Positions 54,097 to 62,158 of a stretch of 64,000 bases of DNA are shown here, piece by piece. Source of the DNA: Acidobacteriota bacterium. GTDB taxonomy: Bacteria; Acidobacteriota; UBA4820. A program made the translations under genes and the position numbers. The notes below the pieces were generated by a model. The model worked only from the letters and a program-made list of their open reading frames with translations. It was not told the DNA's origin and ran no database searches. How positions within the stretch are numbered: position 1 is the stretch's first letter; every line of letters begins with the position of its first letter. Location: NCBI GenBank assembly GCA_029559035.1, contig JAKQCT010000061.1:94162-158161 (forward strand), written 5' to 3'.

Positions 54097-56383
54097 GACT
54101 GAACACCTCCTTGATGTCGTCCACGAAGATCATTTCCGTGCTCGACAGCACGGACTTCGGAAGCTCCGCCGTGTCCTTCCTGTTGAACGAAGGCAGGACG
54201 ACCCTCCTGATCCTCGACCTGTGCGCCGCGAGGATCTTCTCTCTCACCCCGCCCACCGGCAGGACGTCTCCTCTGAGCGTTATCTCCCCGGTGAAGGCCG
54301 TGTCCCTGTCCACCTTTTTTCCCGTCAGGACCGAATAGAGCGCCACCGCTATCGTGATGCCCGCTGACGGCCCGTCCTTCGGGATGGCGCCTTCGGGGAA
54401 ATGGATGTGCACGTCCTTCTTCGACAGCGATCTCGCGTTCAGTTTGAGCTCCGACGCCTTCGACCTTATGAATGTGAGCGCAGCCTGCGCCGACTCCTTC
54501 ATGACCTCGCCGAGCTGTCCCGTCAGCGTCAGGTTCCCCGTGCCGTCAATGACCGAGGCTTCCACGAAAAGCACTTCCCCCCCGACTTCCGTATATGCCA
54601 GGCCTGTCGCTACCCCCACCTTCTCCTTTTTCATCCGCTCGTTGCAGAAGAATGGTTGAGGCCCGAGTATCTTCCTCGCCTCTTGATCGCCTATCCTTTC
54701 GCCGACGGCTTTCCCCCTTGCCAGTTTCAGAGCGGCGTTCCTGTAAATCTTCTCGAGCTCCCTCTCCAGGTTCCTCAGCCCTGCTTCGCGCGTGTAGCTT
54801 CGGATTACGGCGGTTATCGCCCGGTCGTCTATCGATATCCTGTCGCCTACCCCCGTCGAGGCTTTTATCCGTTTCACCAGGTGCCTCTTCGCGATCGAAA
54901 TCTTTTCTTCCTCGGTATACGAAGGCAGTTCCAAGATCTCGAGCCTGTCGAGGAAAGCGGGGTGTATCCCTTCGGTCGTGTTCGCGGTGGTTATGAATAG
55001 GACTTTGGACAGGTCGAAAGGGAAGCCGAGGTAGTTGTCGACAAAGTGGTTGTTCTGCACCGGGTCCAGGGCCTCGAGAAGAGCGGACGACGGGTCTCCC
55101 CTGAAATCCATACCAACCTTGTCTATCTCGTCCAGCAGGAAGAGAGGGTTCATCGTCTTGGCCATCCTCAGCCCCTGGATGATCCTGCCGGGCATCGCGC
55201 CGATGTAAGTCTTCCTGTGGCCGCGTATCTCCGCTTCGTCCTTGATGCCGCCCAGCGACATCTGGACGAACTTCCTTCCGAGCGCCCCCGCGATAGCCTT
55301 TCCGAGGCTCGTCTTTCCTACCCCGGGCGGCCCGACGAGACAGAAGATCCTCCCACCGCCCTTTCCTCCTATCTTAAGGACCGCGAGATGCTCCAGGATC
55401 CTCCGCTTGACCTTCTGGAGCCCGAAGTGCTCCTTGTCGAGCAGCCGTTTCACCTTTCCGAGATCCAGGTTGTCTTCCGTGAACTTCCCCCAGGGCAGGT
55501 CGAAGACCAAGTCGAGGTAAGGCTTGAGCTGGGCCGTTTCCTCGGAATATGGAGAAAGCCGCGCCAGCCTGCCGATCTCCTTGACGAGGTGCTCCCTGAC
55601 GGCTTCCGGAGCATCGAGAGATTCGGCCTTCCCGAGATACGGCGCTTCGGTTCCCTCCTGCTCCCTGCCCTGGGAGAGTTCCGACTGGATCGTTTCCATC
55701 TGCTGCTTCAGGAAGTATTCCCTCTGCCTCTTGTCTATCTCGTTGTAGGTCTTGTTCTCCATCTCCACGCGGATCGATTCGATCTCGATCTCGCTCTGGA
55801 GGAACTTGTGGAGCAGATCCACCCTCTTCCGCGGGTCCGCCTCCGAAAGAAGTTCCCCCGCCTTGTCTGGCGGCAGTGAAAGCTCCTGCGCGAGTATGTC
55901 GGAGAACCGTCCGGGAAGCCTTATCCTTGAAAGTTCGTCCACGAAGGCCGGGGAGATCGTCCCCGCGGAGACGGCAAGGCCGTTCAGCCGGTCGAGGATC
56001 CCCCTGATCTTTGCGGCCGCGAGAGGAGAAGATCCTTTCAATGGCTTGTCCGGTAAAGGCGCGTGCCTGACGGCTGTCGTCCCGCCATCTTTTGGGCGTG
56101 AGAACCTCGTCCTGCAGACTCCCTGGACTACCAGCGACATTCGGCCCTCGCCCGCTCCTTCTGACTGAAGGACCTTGCAGACCGTTCCGACGCCTTTGTC
56201 CGAACCTGGCACCGCGATTATAAGGAACTCCGCCGAAGCCATCACGCGGGCATTCGGAGCGTTCCCTTCCCCGTCCGCCACGGCGAGCTTTTCTATTCCG
56301 AAAGGAAAAACGGCCCTGTCGGCGTGTTCCCAGACCAAAAGCTTTTCGGGGACGGGAAGAAGACCCTGGGGCTTACGGGCCAT
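54086..56383 (-). CDS. lon: ATP-dependent Lon protease
   Basis: LON N-domain, AAA+ Walker A GPPGVGKTSLGKAIA, protease domain with catalytic Ser in DGPSAGITIAVALYS. Confidence 0.9.
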   Translation of the reverse strand: MARKPQGLLPVPEKLLVWEHADRAVFPFGIEKLAVADGEGNAPNARVMASAEFLIIAVPGSDKGVGTVCKVLQSEGAGEGRMSLVVQGVCRTRFSRPKDGGTTAVRHAPLPDKPLKGSSPLAAAKIRGILDRLNGLAVSAGTISPAFVDELSRIRLPGRFSDILAQELSLPPDKAGELLSEADPRKRVDLLHKFLQSEIEIESIRVEMENKTYNEIDKRQREYFLKQQMETIQSELSQGREQEGTEAPYLGKAESLDAPEAVREHLVKEIGRLARLSPYSEETAQLKPYLDLVFDLPWGKFTEDNLDLGKVKRLLDKEHFGLQKVKRRILEHLAVLKIGGKGGGRIFCLVGPPGVGKTSLGKAIAGALGRKFVQMSLGGIKDEAEIRGHRKTYIGAMPGRIIQGLRMAKTMNPLFLLDEIDKVGMDFRGDPSSALLEALDPVQNNHFVDNYLGFPFDLSKVLFITTANTTEGIHPAFLDRLEILELPSYTEEEKISIAKRHLVKRIKASTGVGDRISIDDRAITAVIRSYTREAGLRNLERELEKIYRNAALKLARGKAVGERIGDQEARKILGPQPFFCNERMKKEKVGVATGLAYTEVGGEVLFVEASVIDGTGNLTLTGQLGEVMKESAQAALTFIRSKASELKLNARSLSKKDVHIHFPEGAIPKDGPSAGITIAVALYSVLTGKKVDRDTAFTGEITLRGDVLPVGGVREKILAAHRSRIRRVVLPSFNRKDTAELPKSVLSSTEMIFVDDIKEVFSHAF

Positions 56384-56388
56384 GAAGG

Positions 56389-56835
56389 CTATTCCTTGTG
56401 AACTGTTATCGGATGAGGGGCTCCCCGCCTGTCCTTGACCTTCGGGAACTCGATCCTGAGAACTCCCTTGCGGAATACGGCTTCACCCTTGTGCGTGTTG
56501 AACGGGCCGTCGATGAGAATGTTCTTCTTGAACTTTCCTTTGGACCTCTCCATCAGGTGGAAATGCGAGGAGCTCTTTTTGACGCCGTGCCCCCTGATTC
56601 CCTCGATTATAACGTGGTCGCCGATGGCCGTTATCTTAAGGCTGTCGGGCTTCGTCCCGGCGAGGTCCATCTCCACGATTATCGCCGAGGATGTCTCGAA
56701 TATGTCATAGGCGGGAGCGTATTCGATCGCGTAGGAATCTTCTTCGCTCTCGAGAGCTTCCAGGACTTCGAAGATCCTGTTCATCTCGGACTGCAGCCGC
56801 ATCAGCTCCAGGACCGAAGAGAGGACGCGTGTCAT
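56389..56835 (-). CDS. Hsp20/alpha-crystallin family small heat-shock protein
   Basis: Alpha-crystallin domain (DIFETSSAIIVEMDLAGTKPDSLKI...GVLRIEFPK). Confidence 0.85.
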   Translation of the reverse strand: MTRVLSSVLELMRLQSEMNRIFEVLEALESEEDSYAIEYAPAYDIFETSSAIIVEMDLAGTKPDSLKITAIGDHVIIEGIRGHGVKKSSSHFHLMERSKGKFKKNILIDGPFNTHKGEAVFRKGVLRIEFPKVKDRRGAPHPITVHKE

Positions 56836-57320
56836 CCCTCATCCCCGTGTTTGTGACTCTCTGGCCGGTGGGGCTCGGCGAGGCGCTTGACCTCCTCGAT
56901 GAACTCGCTGATGTCTCCGAACCTCCTGTAAACGCTCGCGAAACGGACATACGCAACCTGGTCGAGCTCCTTGAGCCTGTCCATGATGATGTTGCCTATC
57001 GTGCTCGTCGGGACTTCCCTGTCGGGAGAGTTCTGAATGAGGCCTTCTATCTCGTCAGCGATCCCCTCGAGCGTCGAGGAAGGCACGGCCCTCTTCTCGC
57101 AAGCCCGGAAAAGCCCGGCGAGGAGCTTTTCCCTGTCGAACTTCTGACGGTTGCCGTCCCTCTTGACGACCTGGAACGGGATCGTTTCTATCCTTTCGTA
57201 GGTAGTGAACCTGCGGTGGCAGTCGAGGCACTCGCGCCGCCTCCTGATGCTTGCGCCCTGGGAGACCTCCCTGGAATCCACCACTTTATCTTCCATATGA
57301 CCGCAAAATGGGCAGAGCAC
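56832..57320 (-). CDS. nrdR: transcriptional repressor NrdR
   Basis: MLCPFCGH...DSRE zinc ribbon (CxxC...CxxC) plus ATP-cone. Confidence 0.9.
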   Translation of the reverse strand: MLCPFCGHMEDKVVDSREVSQGASIRRRRECLDCHRRFTTYERIETIPFQVVKRDGNRQKFDREKLLAGLFRACEKRAVPSSTLEGIADEIEGLIQNSPDREVPTSTIGNIIMDRLKELDQVAYVRFASVYRRFGDISEFIEEVKRLAEPHRPESHKHGDEG

Positions 57321-57381
57321 TGTGCACCTCCTTGAAAAAGTCTACAACATATAGTTATAAGTGTAAATAGCAAGTCAATAT

Positions 57382-57673
57382 AGGGCTGATGGCTGGCGCC
57401 TAGGCTGAAGGCTGAAGGCGGATGGCTGGTGTCCTTCGGACGGCGCTGAAGGCTGAAGCGCTGAAGTTCAATAAGGAAAATGATTCCTCAATTTTGATAT
57501 TTTCAATTTTCAATTTGATATTTTAAATGCAGGCGAAGCCTGCCGGGCTGACGCCAGAACTGAAGAGCTGAAGCGCTGAAGGCTGAAGTTCAATAAGGAA
57601 AATGATTCCACATTTTTTCACTTTTCAATCTTCACTTTTCATTTTTCAATTCAAGCTACGCTTGCCTATCCCC
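57382..57673 (+). repeat. modular intergenic repeat, 2 units (locus R5), including the gtccttcggac sub-module
   Basis: ...ggctggtgtccttcggacggcgctgaaggctgaagcgctgaagttcaataaggaaaatgattcctcaattttgatattttcaattttcaatttgatattttaaatgcaggcgaagcctgcc | gggctgacgccagaactgaag...caagctacgcttgcctatcccc. Confidence 0.85.
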
Positions 57674-57697
57674 TATTTGCCTGACCTCCCATCCTTT

Positions 57698-58762
57698 TCA
57701 GTAATAAAGATTGGGACCCCAGTTCGGAGTTTCGCCTTTATTGATGGCTTCCATGAAACAATTCGCCTCTTTCCAGAAGCTTGAACATTTCCCTAAAAAC
57801 TCGAGGACTACCTTTTTTTCTCCCTTTTCCAACAATTCCTTGGCGAGCGTCAGGTTGGGCCCGAAAGTATCGAGGTTTGGAGAACCGGGCGACTCCGAAG
57901 CTTTCAGCAGGAAGCTCTTCGCCTCATCCATTTTCCCTTCGCGCAGGGCTATTCTCCCCAGGACAAGGTTGCCGTCATAAAGCGCGTTGCCGTAATTCCA
58001 GTTCTTCATGTCCTTTTGGGCATTTTTCAGCAGAAGTCTGGCATAAGTTCCGGCCTTTTCGATCTCATCAGCTTCAAAAGCACATTTCGCAAGATCGTTA
58101 AGCAGAGGGAACCGGTACTCGTCATTTGTCTTTGCAAGAGCATAAGCTTCTTCCAAAAGCGCGAGAGCTTTGGCGTTCCTGTTTCTTGTCGATCCGGCAT
58201 CATCCTTTTCCGTCTGCCTTCCCAGGCGGTACAAGTGCGCAAGTTCTTCCGGCCATTTTGGATTGGCAGGTTCGAGTTTCTTGCATCTCAGGAACAGTTC
58301 TTCGGAGGTTGTTCTTTCGTAAAGCGTAAGAGCCCGCGCCGCGTTGCCGAGTATCGAGGCATCGGCCGGGTTTCTCTTCACGTGCCTGAGCCAGAGCTTC
58401 TTGCCTTTTTCATAAGCCTTTCCGTCAATCCTTGGATCGAGGGCGCACTCATAAACGGCCATCTTCGAGGCGGGAAAGTTATTGATGACCCAGAGAGCGT
58501 GCTTGGCGAACAACTTCCTGGCCTCAGGAGAGGATAACCGCTCCGTTCCATAATGTATAAGCAGTTTTTCCCTGGCCGCCAGATCAGAAGGGTTCTTTTT
58601 CACCTGGTTCTCTAGAGATGTAATCTCCTCTGCCGACATATTCCACTTCGAGATCAAATAGTCAGCATCATTCGATTCGTCTTCCGGTGGTCCCGCGATA
58701 GCGAAAACGGAAAACAGAAGGATCGCCGCAGAAAGGAATAATCTGTTGTTAGATCTGCGCAT
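57698..58762 (-). CDS. exported TPR-like repeat protein, hypothetical
   Basis: Start at the internal ATG (MRRSNNRLFLSAAILLFSVFAIAG, signal peptide) preceded by GGGGAGG. Helical repeat composition throughout. Confidence 0.55.
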   Translation of the reverse strand: MRRSNNRLFLSAAILLFSVFAIAGPPEDESNDADYLISKWNMSAEEITSLENQVKKNPSDLAAREKLLIHYGTERLSSPEARKLFAKHALWVINNFPASKMAVYECALDPRIDGKAYEKGKKLWLRHVKRNPADASILGNAARALTLYERTTSEELFLRCKKLEPANPKWPEELAHLYRLGRQTEKDDAGSTRNRNAKALALLEEAYALAKTNDEYRFPLLNDLAKCAFEADEIEKAGTYARLLLKNAQKDMKNWNYGNALYDGNLVLGRIALREGKMDEAKSFLLKASESPGSPNLDTFGPNLTLAKELLEKGEKKVVLEFLGKCSSFWKEANCFMEAINKGETPNWGPNLYY

Positions 58763-58787
58763 ACTTACCTCCCCTTCAACCATTTCC

Positions 58788-58987
58788 TTTTTTGCTTTTC
58801 ATTTTTCACTTCTCATTTTTCAATCTTCAATTTTAAATGCAGGCGAAGCCTGCCTGGCTGACGCCAGAACTGAAGCGTGAAGCGCTGAAGCGCTGAAGTT
58901 CAATAAGGAAAATGATTCCTCAATTTTGATATTTTCAATTTTCAATTTGATATTTAAAATGCAGGCGAAGCCTGCCTCCCCCCCTCC
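58788..58987 (+). repeat. modular intergenic repeat (locus R6): partial AT-rich/hairpin unit plus one full unit; 3' end overlaps the PPC-protein CDS terminus
   Basis: ttttttgcttttcatttttcacttctcatttttcaatcttcaattttaaatgcaggcgaagcctgcc | tggctgacgccagaactgaagcgtgaagcgctgaagcgctgaagttcaataaggaaaatgattcctc...aaaatgcaggcgaagcctgcctccccccc. Confidence 0.85.
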
Positions 58988-59772
58988 TGCCACGCGTTGG
59001 CGAGCCTGTTGTAGAGGATGGTGGTCGACTGGTTTGTTCCGCTGATGATCGTGATCGGCACCCACGATCCGTCCTTGGGGAACATCGCCTTGAGGGCGGC
59101 TCCCTTCTTCAGTTTCAAAAGGGTCGTCTCCTTGACAGTGAAATTGGTCCACTCGTTTCCGTTGATCACCACCCTTGTTCCGCTGTAGAACCTGTTCCCG
59201 AAGATCAAAAGCCTGAAGGGATTCCCTGCCTTTGAAAGACTGCTGACGGAGGGAGCTTCTCCCTGAGCACCCACGTCGACCCTCAGGAAGTAATCTGTCG
59301 GTCCCGGTTCGAAGCAGTAGTAAATAGTCGAGAGGCTGACGCCGATGATATAGGTCCCAGGCTCGAGATAAGTGTTCACGATCTCGGGGTTGCCGCAGGT
59401 TATCCCGCAGGTGTAATCGCCGCACTCGTTCAGGTTCAAGAGGTTAAGGTCCTGATCCATCAGGTATAGGTCTGCATCCACATATCCGTAAAAAAGCAGG
59501 TTCACGGAGTAATAACCGGCCTGTGAAACCGTTAAGGCGTAAAGGTCCTCGATATATTCGTCGCCGTCATCATACCCGAAGTAAAGACAGCCTTCGGTAT
59601 CTTGCGTCGAGACCGAACCGTAAACTCCCATCCCGGGATGAAGCGTCTGATAGGCGTCTCCGCCCCCCGCGAGGGTTATGCAGCCGTTAGGCTCCGCTTC
59701 GTTTATGGTCTGCGAGAATGCCGAGATCCCCACAAAAATAACAATCGACAGAACAAAAAGAGCCTTTTTCAT
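58954..59772 (-). CDS. secreted protein with pre-peptidase C-terminal (PPC)-like domain and Ig-like domain
   Basis: Signal peptide MKKALFVLSIVIFVGISAFS. EAEPNG...GGGDAYQ...DDGDEYIEDLYALTVSQAGYYSVNL...DADLYLMDQD matches PPC-domain motifs. The last 8 codons plus stop lie inside repeat R6. Confidence 0.6.
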   Translation of the reverse strand: MKKALFVLSIVIFVGISAFSQTINEAEPNGCITLAGGGDAYQTLHPGMGVYGSVSTQDTEGCLYFGYDDGDEYIEDLYALTVSQAGYYSVNLLFYGYVDADLYLMDQDLNLLNLNECGDYTCGITCGNPEIVNTYLEPGTYIIGVSLSTIYYCFEPGPTDYFLRVDVGAQGEAPSVSSLSKAGNPFRLLIFGNRFYSGTRVVINGNEWTNFTVKETTLLKLKKGAALKAMFPKDGSWVPITIISGTNQSTTILYNRLANAWQEGGRQASPAF

Positions 59773-59798
59773 ATCAACCTCCGTTTTACAGCGCCATT

Positions 59799-61181
59799 CT
59801 ACTCCATATTTTCGTCCGAGTCATCAATATTCCCTGATATCAGGAACCTGTCCGTCTGCGACACTATGATCTTGGAAAGAAGAAGGAGCGAAATCAGGTT
59901 CGGAACCGCCATCAGCCCGTTGGCTATGTCCGCGAAGCTCCAGACGCTCTTCAAAGCGACGATGCTTCCCACGAAAACGAGGAGGACCCAGAGGACCCTG
60001 TACGGGATCCTGACCTTCTCCCCGCAGAGATATTCCGCCGCCTTTTCCCCGTAATACTCCCAGCCGAGGATCGTCGAGAAGACGAAGGTGAAGAGAGAGA
60101 TAGTCAATATGGCCGGGCCGAAGAAGGAGAGGTCCGTGAAAGCTTCCTTTGTCAGAGCCGCGCCTCCGTGCCCCGCCTCCCACTTTCCCGAATTGACGAG
60201 CACAAGGCCGGTCATGGCGCAGACGACCACCGTGTCCCAGAAGGTTCCGGTCATGGAGACGAGCGCCTGCCTCACGCTGTTCTTTGTCTGTGCCGCTGCC
60301 GCGATGATCGGCGCGCTCCCGAGTCCCGATTCGTTGGAGAAGAGCCCTCTCGCCACTCCGAACCTGATAGCTTCCTTGATCGTCGCGCCCAGGAATCCTC
60401 CGATCGCCGCCTGGCCGGTGAAGGCCGAAGTGAAGATCAGCGAGATCGACCCGGGGATCTTTTCAAAATGAATCACAAGAAGGGTCAGGCAGCCAAGGAC
60501 ATAGACGATAACCATGAAAGGGACGAGCTTCTCGCAGAACGAGGCGATCCATTTGACGCCACCCAGGATGACCACGGCAGTGAAGATAGCCAGAAGAGCC
60601 CCGACGAAATAGGTCGATGTTCTCGCGCCGTTTTCGCTTACTCCGTGATGGACCAGTGTCTCCCTGAAGAGCGCGGATATCGCGTTCGCCTGGACCATGC
60701 AGCCTATCCCGAAAGCGGCGACCGCCGTGAGGAAGGCGAAGGTCACTCCGAGCCATTTCGCCTTGAGCCCCTTTTCGAGGACGTACATCGGGCCGCCGAC
60801 CACCTCACCCTTGGGATTGCGCGTCCTGAAATTGACGCTGAGAAGGGCCTCGGAGTACTTGGTCGCGATCCCGAATACGCCCGTGAGCCACATCCAGAGG
60901 ACCGCTCCCGGCCCTCCCGCGGAGACAGCCGTCGCGACGCCCACGATATTCCCCGTTCCGATCGTGGCCGCGAGCGCGGTCGTGAGCGCGCCGAACTGGC
61001 TTATCTCACCCGCGCCTTCCCTTTTCCTGCTCAGGGAGATCTTTATCGCGAGCGGGATGAACCGCTGGATGAAATTCAGCCTGAGCGTCAGGAATATGTG
61101 GGTCCCCATCAGCAGGATGAGAAGCGGGTATCCCCACACGATGTCGCTTATCTTCGAAAGGATCTGCTCCAGAACTTCCAT
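59799..61181 (-). CDS. sodium:alanine (amino acid) symporter, AGCS family
   Basis: FGALTTALAATIGTGNIVGVATAVSAGGPGAVLWMW signature of the AgcS family; ~11 TM. Confidence 0.85.
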   Translation of the reverse strand: MEVLEQILSKISDIVWGYPLLILLMGTHIFLTLRLNFIQRFIPLAIKISLSRKREGAGEISQFGALTTALAATIGTGNIVGVATAVSAGGPGAVLWMWLTGVFGIATKYSEALLSVNFRTRNPKGEVVGGPMYVLEKGLKAKWLGVTFAFLTAVAAFGIGCMVQANAISALFRETLVHHGVSENGARTSTYFVGALLAIFTAVVILGGVKWIASFCEKLVPFMVIVYVLGCLTLLVIHFEKIPGSISLIFTSAFTGQAAIGGFLGATIKEAIRFGVARGLFSNESGLGSAPIIAAAAQTKNSVRQALVSMTGTFWDTVVVCAMTGLVLVNSGKWEAGHGGAALTKEAFTDLSFFGPAILTISLFTFVFSTILGWEYYGEKAAEYLCGEKVRIPYRVLWVLLVFVGSIVALKSVWSFADIANGLMAVPNLISLLLLSKIIVSQTDRFLISGNIDDSDENME

Positions 61182-61255
61182 CTTTCCTCCAAGGAATTAT
61201 TATATCAAAGACCGGGAACGGGGAAGGATGGATCGTCCGCAGGGGGCGCACTATC

Positions 61256-61565
61256 AAGAGCTGAAGGCGGATGGCTGAAGGGTCAATAGGGAAAATGACT
61301 CCACCAAATTAGATTCTTCATTTTTCAATCTTCCATTTTTAATTCAAGCGAAGCTCGTGCAGCGCTGAAGGTTTAAGGCTGAAGCTCATTAAGGAAATGA
61401 ATACCACAAATTTCAAATTTGAAATTTAATCCTTAAAATTTAAAATGCAGGCGCTGACTGCAGGGCTGAAGTGCTGAAGTTCAAAAAGGAAATGGATTCC
61501 TCAATTTTAATATTTTCAATTTTCATTTTTCAATTTAAAATTCAAGCGAAGCTTGTAACTCCCCC
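61256..61565 (+). repeat. modular intergenic repeat, 3 units (locus R7)
   Basis: Three consecutive units, each with gctgaag-type heptamers, a tcaa.aaggaaa.g..t.c core, an AT-rich (ttttcaa)n block, and a terminal caagcgaagc / gcaggcg.. hairpin. It ends tcccc, 5 nt before the STAS gene stop. Confidence 0.8.
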
Positions 61566-61570
61566 TTTCC

Positions 61571-61900
61571 TCAGAACGATCTCAGCGCTTCTTCTTCCGT
61601 GTCGTAGATGTCGAAAACGGTGGAGAGCTTCGTGATGTCGAGAATGCCCCTGACATTCGTGGTCGGATTGGCAAGCTTGACGACCGCCTTGTAACGCTGG
61701 GCGCTGACGAGCGATGAAACAAGCTCGGCGAGGGCGGCGGAACCCATGATGGGGATGCCTCCCATCTCGAGGACGATCCTTTTTACTCCCTTGCGGAGCA
61801 TTTCGAGGACTGTCTCCCTCAAGAGGTTTTCTTCCTGGCCTATCTTTCCGGTCAGGCGTAAAAGAGCCACTCCGTTCATAAGGATGGTTTCTGACTGCAT
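61571..61900 (-). CDS. STAS domain protein (anti-sigma factor antagonist, SpoIIAA-like)
   Basis: Start at the internal Met (MQSETILMNGVALLRLTGKI...). Conserved phosphorylatable Ser region (GIPIMGSAALAELV). Confidence 0.7.
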   Translation of the reverse strand: MQSETILMNGVALLRLTGKIGQEENLLRETVLEMLRKGVKRIVLEMGGIPIMGSAALAELVSSLVSAQRYKAVVKLANPTTNVRGILDITKLSTVFDIYDTEEEALRSF

Positions 61901-61983
61901 GGATCCTCCCGACAAAGATTTTACCACAAGTCAAGCCATAAACTTATATATAACAATGCGAAAAGAAGACTGTTCAGGCGGCG

Positions 61984-62106
61984 CTTGCCGGGCTGATGGT
62001 TAACCCCAGACCTGAAGTTCAATAAGGAAATGGATTCCACAGGTTTAATATTTTCAATCTTCATTTTTCAATTCAAGCGAAGCTTGTTCTCTCCGCCTGT
62101 TACCTT
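61984..62106 (+). repeat. modular intergenic repeat, 1 unit preceded by an orphan hairpin (locus R8)
   Basis: caggcggcgcttgcc gggctgatggttaaccccagacctgaag ttcaataaggaaatggattccacaggtttaatattttcaatcttcatttttcaattcaagcgaagcttgttctctccgcc. Confidence 0.8.
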
Positions 62107-62134
62107 TTCCCTCTTCCCGCATCTTCTGTATAAT
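62106..62134 (+). promoter_or_regulatory. possible promoter of the tolC-like/MFP operon (weak -35, TGTATAAT -10)
   Basis: tataat 62129-62134 directly preceded by tg; GGAGG RBS 6 nt before ATG 62159. Confidence 0.2.
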
Positions 62135-62158
62135 GGTGACATCAGAGCGGAGGTCGGA

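Noticed and set aside
20671-62106. CRISPR array interpretation of the recurring repeats
   Set aside because: There are no uniform-length unique spacers between repeats. Units abut directly, vary in internal heptamer number, and are scattered across 8 intergenic loci. No cas genes are present.
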